Shown in pieces: positions 36,560 through 45,879 of a stretch of DNA of 64,000 nucleotides (the stretch's first letter is position 1; each line of letters starts with the position of its first letter). Source of the stretch: Acinetobacter sp. (GTDB taxonomy: Bacteria > Pseudomonadota > Gammaproteobacteria > Pseudomonadales > Moraxellaceae); NCBI RefSeq assembly GCF_045628685.1, contig NZ_JAZQPV010000117.1:9312-73311 (forward strand). Reading direction: 5' to 3'. The position numbers and the translations under genes are program-made. The notes under the pieces were generated by a model. The model saw only the letters and a list, made by a program, of their open reading frames with translations. It did no database searches and was not told the DNA's origin.

Positions 36560-37588
36560 TTATAAATAAGGATCTTTACGCCAATTGCTTGGACTACGGC
36601 CACTCCAGCGTTTAAATGCCCGACTAAAATTGGCTACATCACTATAACCAAGTTTATCTGCAATCAGTTCTAAGGTGTAATCCGTTCGTGAAAGCAGCGA
36701 TGTTGCATGACGATAACGCACTTCATCGACGAGGGTTGAAAATGACGTACCTTCGGCAGCCAATTGTCGTTTTAAAGTCCGGTCAGACATATGCAACCGA
36801 TCTGCGACATTTTCGATACTTAAATAATGCTGTTCTGAATGGGTTAAAATATCACGAACCCGCATAGCCAAGCGGCGGCGTTCACCCAGTGCAGAGAGTT
36901 CAGCTTCACATTGGTTAATCGCAATCTGACTGGCAAGGGGGTCGGCATTAACCATTTTTAAGCTCAAATATTTTTTATCAAAACTTGAAAGTAAATGCGG
37001 TTGTTCAAAACGGAAATGATGCGATGGAAATTTTGCCATATAACGCTCAAAACCGGGCGGTTTTGGGAAATCAAAATCAATCTCGCCAGACAGATCATCA
37101 CAGCCCGTCAAGGCTTTTGCCATGGTGACAATCCCAAAGGTCAGGGCAATGGCAATTTCAGTCCTGAGCGGCTCGATGTCAAAATCGCATTGCAATTGCA
37201 GCGTTGCTTTGTCACCAAAAGTGGAAAAATAAAGTTGTAGAAAGGGCAAACGTAGCTGAATAAAGCGGTTGGCCAAAACCAGGGCATCACTAATATCATG
37301 TGCCGTCATGATGGCATAGCCGATAAAACCATGAATGGAGATTCGCATTTGGGTACCCAAATGGAAACCTAGGGTCGGTTCACCGGTTAGACGTAATGCA
37401 TGTTTAACCAGTTCATTTGCGACAGGGGTCGGAATGCGAAAGTTCGGCTCCGCCAGCTGTTCACTGTTTAAATGAAAGGGGGTAAACAAGGCTTCTGCAT
37501 TGTAGCCCCAGCGTGACACCACATCGAGGAGCAATAAGCCGTAAACCCCCGGTATTCCCTGATCCTGTCTTGGAGAAATCGTTTTCAT
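36560..37588 (-). CDS. AraC family transcriptional regulator
   Basis: C-terminal dual HTH ([25 protein letters not shown]) with an N-terminal effector domain. Confidence 0.9.
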   Translation of the reverse strand: MKTISPRQDQGIPGVYGLLLLDVVSRWGYNAEALFTPFHLNSEQLAEPNFRIPTPVANELVKHALRLTGEPTLGFHLGTQMRISIHGFIGYAIMTAHDISDALVLANRFIQLRLPFLQLYFSTFGDKATLQLQCDFDIEPLRTEIAIALTFGIVTMAKALTGCDDLSGEIDFDFPKPPGFERYMAKFPSHHFRFEQPHLLSSFDKKYLSLKMVNADPLASQIAINQCEAELSALGERRRLAMRVRDILTHSEQHYLSIENVADRLHMSDRTLKRQLAAEGTSFSTLVDEVRYRHATSLLSRTDYTLELIADKLGYSDVANFSRAFKRWSGRSPSNWRKDPYL

Positions 37589-37698
37589 GCGCTATCCATT
37601 GCACTTAAGTCGTTTTTCTATTTGTTGGTTTTTCATATTGACATGAAAATAAGCAGTATCCTGTTAAAATTGTTAGACAATTTTCTAAAGCCCGTAAA

Positions 37699-38148
37699 TT
37701 AAGCAGGTTTGAATTCTTTCTTAAAGACCACGATTTTCGTTGTAGAGATAAGCAGCACATCATAATTCTGATTCAATGCCTGAGTCACATAACTCACTAT
37801 AGCGCGGTCCGTTTTGCTTTTTGATGGCGTAATCGCAACAATTTCAACTTCTACATGAACTTTATCGCCAGGACGGGTCGGTCGTGGCCAGCGCAAATTG
37901 GATTTTGAACCAATCAGGCCATAAGCAACAGGAAAACATTCTGTCCATAAACGCATGGTCACGGCACACGTATGCCAACCACTTGCAGCAATACCTTGAA
38001 AAATGGGATGCTCTCTGGCTTGATCTTCATCAGTATGGAAAACTTGTGGATCATATGCCTGCGCAAATTGCTTAATTTCTTCCAAGGTCATTTCATATTC
38101 ACGGCTAGTGAAACGATCACCAATTTTTATATCTTCTAAATACAGCAT
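37699..38148 (-). CDS. MaoC-like (R-specific enoyl-CoA hydratase fold) dehydratase
   Basis: 149 aa from MLYLEDIKIGD; hot-dog fold motifs (DPQVFHTD, GIAASGWHT); start overlaps the ABC gene stop. Confidence 0.8.
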   Translation of the reverse strand: MLYLEDIKIGDRFTSREYEMTLEEIKQFAQAYDPQVFHTDEDQAREHPIFQGIAASGWHTCAVTMRLWTECFPVAYGLIGSKSNLRWPRPTRPGDKVHVEVEIVAITPSKSKTDRAIVSYVTQALNQNYDVLLISTTKIVVFKKEFKPA

Positions 38149-40001
38149 TAATGGGCTTCCTTTTTCTTTAATGCTTGTTGTTCTATCAAGAAACTGCCAG
38201 TTTGTCTTTGCCACAACTGCGCATAAATACCATTTAGGGCCACAAGTTCATCATGCGTGCCTTGTTCCACTATTTTGCCTTCATCCAGTACAACCAGACG
38301 ATCCATTTGAGCAATGGTCGACAGGCGATGAGCAATGGCAATAACGGTTTTACCTTCCATCAAGTCATCTAAACTGGATTGAATTGCAGCTTCAACTTCG
38401 GAATCTAGTGCACTGGTCGCTTCATCTAAAATAAGGATTGGGGCATCTTTTAAAAATACCCGTGCAATGGCTACGCGTTGACGTTGCCCCCCAGAAAGTT
38501 TGACACCACGTTCCCCTACATAAGCTTCGTAGCCAGATTTACCGCGTGAATCGGTTAGTTGGGGAATGAAATCTTCTGCTTTGGCTTTGCGGACGGCCTC
38601 AAACATTTCTTCATCAGTTGCATGCGGACGACCATATTTAATATTTTCAGCCACAGTACGGTGCAATAAAGAGGTATCTTGAGTCACCAATGCAATGCTT
38701 TTACGCAAACTGTCCTGAGTCACATCTGCAATGTTTTGACCGTCAATCAAAATACGACCTTGGTTGAGATGATAAAAATGCAATAACAATTGAATCAGGG
38801 TGGATTTACCTGCACCGGAACGGCCAACGATGCCAATTTTTTCACCCGGTTTGATGGTTAAATTTAAATGATCAATCACGTTTTTATTGTTATAGGCAAA
38901 GCAGACATCTTCAAACTTGATTTCACCTTGGTGTACCTGTAAAGGCTTGGCATCTTTCTTGTCTTGAATGCTGATCGGGCGGCCCATGGTTTTCATGCCG
39001 TCTTGAATGGTACCGACATTTTCAAATAAAGCAGAAGATTGCCACATCATAAATTCAGCAATGCTGTTAAGCTTTAATATCATGGCAGTCGTGGCTGCAA
39101 TAATACCGAGTTGAGCCTGTCCATTGATCCAGAGCCAAAGAGCGGTTCCCAAAACACCCACATATAAAACTATACTGAGTAAATTAATGCTGATTTCATA
39201 CTGCACACCTAAGCGCATTTGCTTATAAACGGTGATCATGAAGCCTTGCATGGATTCTTTGGCATATTGACTTTCACGCCCCGCATGGGCAAAGAGTTTC
39301 ACGGTCTGGATATTGGTATAGGCATCCGTCACGCGACCGGTCATTACCGCACGTGCATCCGCCTGTTTATTGGAAATTTGGCTTAAACGTGGAATAAAAT
39401 AGCAGGCTGCAACAATAAATAGCACTAACCACAGCATGAGTGGCAAAATCAGCAGCGGAGAGATCGCACCCAAAACAAAACTGATGGTCACAAAGTAAAT
39501 CAGCACATATGCCAGCATGTCACCTAAAATCACCCAGAATTCACGTATCGCTAGTGAAGTTTGCATGACTTTGGCAGACAAACGGCCGGCAAAATCATTA
39601 TGGAAAAAATCCAGACTTTGCAGCAGAAGCAAGTTGTGAAAGCGCCAGCGCAGACGCATGGGGAAGGTACTGTATAAAATTTGATGCTTGATAATGGATT
39701 GCATGCTCGCGAATAAAATATTGGCCAACAAAATACAGGTCAAAATAGTCAAATTTTGCGTATGTTCCGCTAAAAATGTTTCAGGCTGGCTCTTGCTCAA
39801 CCAGTTTACTAAATCCCCAATTTTTGAATACAGTACGGCTTCAAAACTTGCCGCACCTGCAGTACATAACACCAGTAACAGTAAATAGCGGCGAACCCCC
39901 ATTGCAGCTTGCCATACAAAAGGGAAAAAGCGCGTTGGAAGTGGCTCGTTTAAACCTTTGGATGGGTAAGGATCGACCAGTTTTTCAAACCACTGCAACA
40001 T
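38148..40001 (-). CDS. ABC transporter, fused permease/ATP-binding exporter type
   Basis: 617 aa; six N-terminal TM segments, Walker A GRSGAGKST, signature LSGGQRQR, Walker B ILILDEAT. Confidence 0.95.
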   Translation of the reverse strand: MLQWFEKLVDPYPSKGLNEPLPTRFFPFVWQAAMGVRRYLLLLVLCTAGAASFEAVLYSKIGDLVNWLSKSQPETFLAEHTQNLTILTCILLANILFASMQSIIKHQILYSTFPMRLRWRFHNLLLLQSLDFFHNDFAGRLSAKVMQTSLAIREFWVILGDMLAYVLIYFVTISFVLGAISPLLILPLMLWLVLFIVAACYFIPRLSQISNKQADARAVMTGRVTDAYTNIQTVKLFAHAGRESQYAKESMQGFMITVYKQMRLGVQYEISINLLSIVLYVGVLGTALWLWINGQAQLGIIAATTAMILKLNSIAEFMMWQSSALFENVGTIQDGMKTMGRPISIQDKKDAKPLQVHQGEIKFEDVCFAYNNKNVIDHLNLTIKPGEKIGIVGRSGAGKSTLIQLLLHFYHLNQGRILIDGQNIADVTQDSLRKSIALVTQDTSLLHRTVAENIKYGRPHATDEEMFEAVRKAKAEDFIPQLTDSRGKSGYEAYVGERGVKLSGGQRQRVAIARVFLKDAPILILDEATSALDSEVEAAIQSSLDDLMEGKTVIAIAHRLSTIAQMDRLVVLDEGKIVEQGTHDELVALNGIYAQLWQRQTGSFLIEQQALKKKEAH

Positions 40002-40580
40002 GGGTTACGCTCCATTTTATTTAAACGATTCAATATCAGTATTATGCAATTTTTACACTATAAACAATATTCTATATTAACGCTTAAAGCCTGATTTTTT
40101 AGCTGCAAAAAAAGCTCTCATGCAGGATAAACGTATTAAAACATTATGTAATCTTGAATTATTATGTGCTGTATTCCTTGAATGTTGTTATGTATTTGGT
40201 AATAAATGTTAATAAACTCACCATATATTTAATGAAAATCATATATATATATTTATCCGGCTTACATTGAATGAAATTGAAACAGATACAGGGTTGGTAT
40301 AAGAAAGATAAAGAGTAGAGTTAAAAGAGTCGTAATGATTACGATCTATCCCTAACGATAGGAGGTAAATATAAATGATGACTCGAGAACGGGTTAGACA
40401 AAATCCGAGAAACAGATCAATTAACAACAACATCCGTATAAACAACAGAAATAAAACTTTGATCGACTCCTATCCTGAATATTAATGCCTATTCATGATT
40501 TTTTATCCTGTTCAAAGTTTTGCCAGATTTATAGTTTCATTATTTATATTTATCCTTATTGATCAAAAGGGAAGAATAAT

Positions 40581-40763
40581 ATGAACTCAAAAGACGTAAA
40601 AATCATAATCGCTGTCATAGTTGTCGTAATAATTGCAGTCATTCTTTATTCTCTATATGAAAGAAATAAAGATGAAAATATGGGAAATTTGAGAAATGAC
40701 CAAAGTCTGGTTAGCCCTATGCACAAAATAGGCTCCAGCTCGGACCATCCGAAAGATGGATGA
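40581..40763 (+). CDS. Small single-TM protein, hypothetical
   Basis: 60 aa: one hydrophobic helix (IIIAVIVVVIIAVILY) then a hydrophilic tail. Confidence 0.45.
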   Translation: MNSKDVKIIIAVIVVVIIAVILYSLYERNKDENMGNLRNDQSLVSPMHKIGSSSDHPKDG

Positions 40764-40877
40764 TCTCTACAGTTAATTTACACAAAAAGCTTTTTGAAGG
40801 TAAGCAGCCTTGATGAGTGAAACTGGCTAGAACCAGCCACTTTCCCTAAACACCCTATTGTTATAAGGAGAAAAAAG

Positions 40878-41402
40878 ATGGCCTATCCTGATGATGATCG
40901 TAATAAAAATACTCCAAATCAGACCAGAAAGGATTTAAATGATGATCCAGACATTAATGAACGAGATGCACATCCCGTGGGAACAGGTGTAGGTGCAGCT
41001 GGTGCCGCAGCAGCTGGTGCCGCAATTGGGAGTGCAGGTGGCCCGATCGGAGCCTTAGTCGGTGGAGCAGTGGGTGCCATCGTCGGTGGTGTAGCTGGTA
41101 GCGCAGCAGGTGAAGCAATGGATCCTACTGTGGAAGATACCTATTGGCGTGAAAACAGTGCCCATCAACCTTATTATAAATCCACACAAAATACCTATCC
41201 TGATTTGGATTATGATAGAGATTATCGGCATGCCTATCGGGTAGGTTATGAAGATTCATCTGCGTATGATTCATCCAAACGGTTTGAAGATGTAGAGCCA
41301 GATCTTCATTCTAAATGGGAACAATCAAAAGCAGAATCTCGCCTAAATTGGGAAGAAGCCAAGCATGCTTCACGTGATGCATGGAACCGTTTACGCCCCT
41401 AG
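40878..41402 (+). CDS. Glycine-zipper, hydrophilic stress-type protein, hypothetical
   Basis: 174 aa; AAGGAG Shine-Dalgarno; central Gly/Ala zipper (GTGVGAAGAAAAGAAIGSAGGPIGALVGGAVGAIVGGVAGSAAG) flanked by highly charged Asp/Tyr/Arg-rich segments. Confidence 0.65.
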   Translation: MAYPDDDRNKNTPNQTRKDLNDDPDINERDAHPVGTGVGAAGAAAAGAAIGSAGGPIGALVGGAVGAIVGGVAGSAAGEAMDPTVEDTYWRENSAHQPYYKSTQNTYPDLDYDRDYRHAYRVGYEDSSAYDSSKRFEDVEPDLHSKWEQSKAESRLNWEEAKHASRDAWNRLRP

Positions 41403-41433
41403 TTTCACGCTTGAATAACCTCAATCACATTTA

Positions 41434-41467
41434 AACCAATCTTTTGATTTTAAAAGGTTGGTTTTTT
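41434..41467 (+). terminator. Intrinsic terminator
   Basis: 12-bp stem aaccaatctttt/aaaaggttggtt (one G-U pair) followed by a T-run. Confidence 0.75.
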
Positions 41468-41857
41468 GATCGTGTATTCAATTTGATCATGTATCCAAAT
41501 AGAAGTTAAAGTATATTTTTATGTTGTTTGCTCATGGGTTTAATAGCCCTTAAATGAGGGCTGATTTTTGCTTTAATTAGGAAATGAAGTTACATATAAA
41601 TTAAACAGTGAACCCAATTTAAGTGAAGGTAACGTATATTACGAATGGTCGGTACAGGGTTAAAGAAAAGTGAGCTGAAATAAGAATTGTTAATGTATCG
41701 AGTACAGTGCAATGATGAATCAACCATATGCAGTTCTCGTGTTTACAATGAAGGAAACTGACACAAACTGAGGCTGGAATAACGCAAGAGAAAGCGTAAA
41801 TTGAAAGTGTCATGATCAAGGTGATTTAGATTTTAAATTTAAAGGAGGGATATATAC

Positions 41858-42019
41858 ATGACCAGTCAACTACGGATTCCACAGCCCGACCAGCCAAACC
41901 TGCATATCGAATCTCATCAACAACTTGATGAAGATAAAGAACCCAATCCTTCTAGTCCACAGCCTGATCAACCCAATCAGCATCTTCAACAATCAAATCG
42001 ACAGAAGCAAGTCAAATAG
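41858..42019 (+). CDS. Small highly hydrophilic Gln/Pro-rich protein (hydrophilin-like), not in the ORF track
   Basis: 53-aa ORF MTSQLRIPQPDQPNLH...SPQPDQPNQH...; strong AAAGGAGG about 7 nt upstream; internal PQPDQPN repeat; followed by a palindromic terminator. Confidence 0.6.
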   Translation: MTSQLRIPQPDQPNLHIESHQQLDEDKEPNPSSPQPDQPNQHLQQSNRQKQVK

Positions 42020-42124
42020 TAATTTGAAAATTCTATCAAAATAAGAAAAATGAAAAAATTTCCTTAGAATGTTCAATTCAGATATTTAGTGCTTTTTTTA
42101 AATTAAAAATAAGAAATGGGAAAA

Positions 42125-42172
42125 ATGAAAATCTTAAAAAACCCTCGATCGAGGGTTTTTTAAGATTTTCAT
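42125..42172. terminator. 48-nt perfect palindrome, bidirectional terminator between convergent genes
   Basis: aatgaaaatcttaaaaaaccctcga/tcgagggttttttaagattttcatt; GC core ccctc/gaggg flanked by A6 and T6. Confidence 0.75.
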
Positions 42173-42276
42173 AAGTGAGGGACTTAAAGCCAGTACAGAG
42201 GATTAACGCTTATAAAAAGGTAATTACTGACTGGTCTTTTAAAGATGGGCACTGCACTTACTCTTTATCCTCAAGC

Positions 42277-43548
42277 TTAAACCGATAGACGATTTGATTC
42301 TGCTACTGATGCTGAAACAGCCGCGAATTGTTTAAAATCGGCCCCAGAAGGAGCCTGATAAACCTTCAGGCCAAACTCTGGAATAATCGCAATCAGGTGG
42401 TCAAAAATGTCTGATTGTATTGCCTCATAATCCTTCCATACCGTGGTGTTTGTAAAAGCATAAATCTCCAGCGGTAAACCTTCACTGGTCGGCTGTAATT
42501 GGCGAATAATTAAAGACTGATTTTGCGCGATACCGGGATGCTGATTTAAATAAAATTCCACATAAGCTCGAAATGTCCCTAAATTGGTTAAACGTCGCTG
42601 ATTATAGGATGCCTGATTCGACAATTGCTGATTAAAGCTTTCCAGTTCACTATGTTTGGTATTTAAGTACTGATCGAGCAATAGAAATTCTTTGAGTTTC
42701 TGCTGTTCTTTGTGGGTCATAAAATGCACGCTACTCTGGTCAATATAGAGCGATCGTTTAATACGGCGTACACCGGCAGTGGCCATGCCACGCCAGTTTT
42801 TGAAGGTATCTGTCACCAGTTTGTTGGTTGGAATGGTGGTAAACGTCTTATCAAAATTCTGCACGGTAATGGTATGTAATGACATGTCAATGACATCGCC
42901 ATCTGCATTTAGGGTTGGCATTTCAATCCAGTCACCTATACGCACCATGTCATAAGATGAAATCTGGACTGAAGCGACCAAAGACAGAATAGTATTTTGG
43001 AACACCAACATCAGCACAGCTGCCATGGCACCAAAGCCTGCGAGCAAGGTAAAGACATCTTTTTTGAGGAAGGTGCCTAAGATCATCAAGCCACAAACAA
43101 TAAAGATAATCAGCTTAACCAGTTGTAAGTAACCTTTAATCGGCTTATTTCTAGATTTCGGATTACGTTGATAAATCAGGTTGAAAATACTTAAAAATTC
43201 ACTGATGGCCAGTGCCAGAGTCAGGAAAATAAAGGCTTGTGCACCCATTTGAACCAAGGTGACTACTCTTTCTGAAATGTGAGGAACAGTCACTATGCCG
43301 TTCATAATCACAATCGCAGGCACGATATTTGAAATACGGCGGATGACGCTATGTTCAGCGAAAACACTCGAATTAGCCCATTTCATCTTTGAAACGAGCT
43401 TGCGAATACCCCGAACCACCACTTGCTTGGCAATAAAGTTTGCGAGAACTGCCAGTAGAATTAGAATACTTAAGGAGGTCAGCATCTCTAACCACGGATA
43501 TTGATCTGACCAATCCTGAATATTCTGGATAAATGAAAACTGTTGCAA
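42277..43548 (-). CDS. Mechanosensitive ion channel (MscS) family protein
   Basis: 423 aa; N-terminal TM segments, then an MscS beta-domain signature (GDWIEM...GDVIDMSLHTITVQNFDKTFTTIPTNKL). Confidence 0.9.
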   Translation of the reverse strand: MQQFSFIQNIQDWSDQYPWLEMLTSLSILILLAVLANFIAKQVVVRGIRKLVSKMKWANSSVFAEHSVIRRISNIVPAIVIMNGIVTVPHISERVVTLVQMGAQAFIFLTLALAISEFLSIFNLIYQRNPKSRNKPIKGYLQLVKLIIFIVCGLMILGTFLKKDVFTLLAGFGAMAAVLMLVFQNTILSLVASVQISSYDMVRIGDWIEMPTLNADGDVIDMSLHTITVQNFDKTFTTIPTNKLVTDTFKNWRGMATAGVRRIKRSLYIDQSSVHFMTHKEQQKLKEFLLLDQYLNTKHSELESFNQQLSNQASYNQRRLTNLGTFRAYVEFYLNQHPGIAQNQSLIIRQLQPTSEGLPLEIYAFTNTTVWKDYEAIQSDIFDHLIAIIPEFGLKVYQAPSGADFKQFAAVSASVAESNRLSV

Positions 43549-43897
43549 CTGATCTTTCTCTTTAATATAAGAATTTTATACAGTTTATAGGTTTATTGAT
43601 TATTTATTAACCTTGGATAACGTATTAAAACATATCTATTTCAGCGCAGCATCCTAATCTTTAAATATTAGCCTTGTAAAAGATGCAGAAATAGTGAGAG
43701 CACTAGTTTCTGATTCTTAGAAATTTATTCATCTGGGCATACTGACTACTTATTTAAATCGTCAGAAATCTCTTAATGGGTAGTTATTACATCATCTAAA
43801 TGAATTTTGACTTTTTGAGTGAAATCATTCATTTTAAAACCATAATTATTTTAAGTATTTAATACATTATTTTTAAATTAAAAAGTGGGGAATAAAT

Positions 43898-44545
43898 ATG
43901 ACAATTTTTGTAGTGACAAGTCCGAAGCGAGGTTCAGGAAAAAGTACCTTGGCGATGAACCTGACAGAATATCTGCGTCTTCAAGGCATCACACTTTACA
44001 TTGATACCGATGATAACAAACAAAATTTTGAATGGGTTGCCTTGCATCGCAAAGGTTTTGGCTTTGAACATATCTCTTTAAAAGACCATCCAGATGAGTT
44101 AGTGCATCGCGTTGAGAGAGCAAAAGCTCAATATGATGATATCGTCATTGATATTGCCGGGCATGATACTTATGCGTTGCGCTCGGTACTGATGCAGGCA
44201 GATAAACTGATTATTCCCATGTCAGTAGATTCTGAAGATCAGGATATGTATAGCGAGATGCTGCAGCTGGCAATCAGTGTTTCGCAGTTCAATACCCAGT
44301 TAAAAGTGTATGGAGTACTGACGCGTGTACCTCAGCAGATCGAAATAGAGCAGATTGCAGCGAATCAGAATTTGCTTAAAGACATTCCAGGCTCACATTT
44401 TCTGAATACCATTATTTATGAGGATGAAGCTTTTAATGAAGCTAAGGACTTGGGGCGCAGCATTTGGGAGCATTCGCCTGAACAGGGTAAGCGCTTTGAT
44501 CAATTTATTCTTGAGTTGATGGCGAATACAGTGCAGCCAGCTTGA
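43898..44545 (+). CDS. ParA/MinD-like P-loop ATPase, orphan
   Basis: 215 aa; deviant Walker A SPKRGSGKST and Walker B DIVIDIAG; no ParB-like partner adjacent. Confidence 0.8.
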   Translation: MTIFVVTSPKRGSGKSTLAMNLTEYLRLQGITLYIDTDDNKQNFEWVALHRKGFGFEHISLKDHPDELVHRVERAKAQYDDIVIDIAGHDTYALRSVLMQADKLIIPMSVDSEDQDMYSEMLQLAISVSQFNTQLKVYGVLTRVPQQIEIEQIAANQNLLKDIPGSHFLNTIIYEDEAFNEAKDLGRSIWEHSPEQGKRFDQFILELMANTVQPA

Positions 44546-44581
44546 TTTTCTGCCTCGCGAATAATTGTTTTAATTGATATT

Positions 44582-44609
44582 AAAAAGCTCCCGGTTTGGG
44601 AGCTTTTTT
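44582..44609. terminator. Bidirectional intrinsic terminator
   Basis: Stem gctccc/gggagc flanked by A5 and T6. Confidence 0.8.
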
Positions 44610-44620
44610 GTTTTAACTGA

Positions 44621-45157
44621 TTACCACATCAAATCATCAGGGATCACATAAGCGGCATACGGATCTTCTTCATCGGTGATCTGCTCATTCTTTTCAGAAT
44701 TATTGACAATAATAAAGCCTTCCATTTTGTCATTGATACGATCTGCCAGGGCTTTCGGCAAAACTGCATAAGCTTCGCCTTCTTTGGCAATTACCAATGA
44801 ACCGGAAACCAGCGCATTATAAATTTGCTGATTGAGATAAATTTTTTTGATTTTACTCTCATCAATAAATTGATAAGACACTTCGCCGTCTATGTCATGA
44901 ATTTTGTGCTGATTGATCATTTGAATAATGGCAGCTCTTAATTCTTTACCCTGCAATAGACGTTTTTTCTCTAAATCCAAAGCTTGATCTTTCGCGAGTT
45001 TTTCTTGTTTATCTTGCGCAATTTTCGCTTTTAATTCAGCTTCGTTGCTTTGTCCAGTACGTTGCTCATGAACTGCCTGTTTAGACAATTTTTTAGCCTT
45101 TTTATTATCGACTAAACCGGCTTTTAGCAATTGAGCCTGTAATGCATTTTTGACCAT
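44621..45157 (-). CDS. DUF2058 (YaiL-like) family protein
   Basis: 178 aa from MVKNALQAQLLKAGLVDNKKAKK; Lys/Glu-rich coiled middle section. Family assigned from memory. Confidence 0.6.
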   Translation of the reverse strand: MVKNALQAQLLKAGLVDNKKAKKLSKQAVHEQRTGQSNEAELKAKIAQDKQEKLAKDQALDLEKKRLLQGKELRAAIIQMINQHKIHDIDGEVSYQFIDESKIKKIYLNQQIYNALVSGSLVIAKEGEAYAVLPKALADRINDKMEGFIIVNNSEKNEQITDEEDPYAAYVIPDDLMW

Positions 45158-45171
45158 AATAAATTCCAAAA

Positions 45172-45846
45172 TTACTCTTGAATACGTCGATAACGAAAAT
45201 AAATAATCCAATATACGATGCTAAGCGTCCAACTCAACAGCGCAGGGATAAGGAATGAATTTAATTTTAAATAAGGATAAATCATGCTGGCAACTAAGCC
45301 ACCCACGAAAAATCCAAAAAATATGGCTAAATGGAGAATAATCCGTCTACGATCTACATCTAAGCCACGTAAGCGATAACCTAACGCTAAACCTAAATCG
45401 GTCAAAACGCCAGACAAATGGGTGGTCCGAATAATTGCGCCTTTATAATGACTGACCATGGCATTTTGTACACCCATCGCCACAGATGCCCAAAGTAAGG
45501 CATAACGCGGGAAATAGGGCAACAGAACCCAGCACACGAGAATAAAAAAAGCCACCAGGCTTAAAGGCAAACCATAACGGCGCCCTAAGCTAAAGTGGCT
45601 ATTTCCCAGTATCAATCCGCTATAACATGAACCGATTACATAACATAGGATAACCAGGCCTAAGTAGACGATCTGTTCAGGTTGCCAATGCAGAAAAGCC
45701 ATGGCTAACATGCTGACATTACCGGTCATATGTGAAACGGACTGATGTAAAACGGTCACCAATCCGAGGACGTTAATCATTCCTGCATTCATTGCAAGAA
45801 AAAAGGCACCTAATTGAACCCAAAGCGGTAAAGTTTGAAAAGGCAT
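45172..45846 (-). CDS. YoaK/DUF1275 family membrane protein
   Basis: 224 aa polytopic protein with an SHMTGN motif. Confidence 0.75.
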   Translation of the reverse strand: MPFQTLPLWVQLGAFFLAMNAGMINVLGLVTVLHQSVSHMTGNVSMLAMAFLHWQPEQIVYLGLVILCYVIGSCYSGLILGNSHFSLGRRYGLPLSLVAFFILVCWVLLPYFPRYALLWASVAMGVQNAMVSHYKGAIIRTTHLSGVLTDLGLALGYRLRGLDVDRRRIILHLAIFFGFFVGGLVASMIYPYLKLNSFLIPALLSWTLSIVYWIIYFRYRRIQE

Positions 45847-45879
45847 AACGTCATAGAAACATTCTTAATAATGACTATC

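Noticed and set aside
37630-37649. Palindrome ttttcat-N6-atgaaaa between the MaoC gene end and the AraC gene start
   Set aside because: It is a 7-bp, almost purely A/T stem, too weak to call a terminator or operator without further data.
40239-40445. ORFs in AT-rich intergenic DNA (40239-40445, 41619-41819, 47085-47327, 25331-25567, 8136-8318)
   Set aside because: Their translations are dominated by Ile, Leu, Phe, Tyr and Lys as expected from random AT-rich sequence. They have no ribosome-binding sites and implausible gene context.
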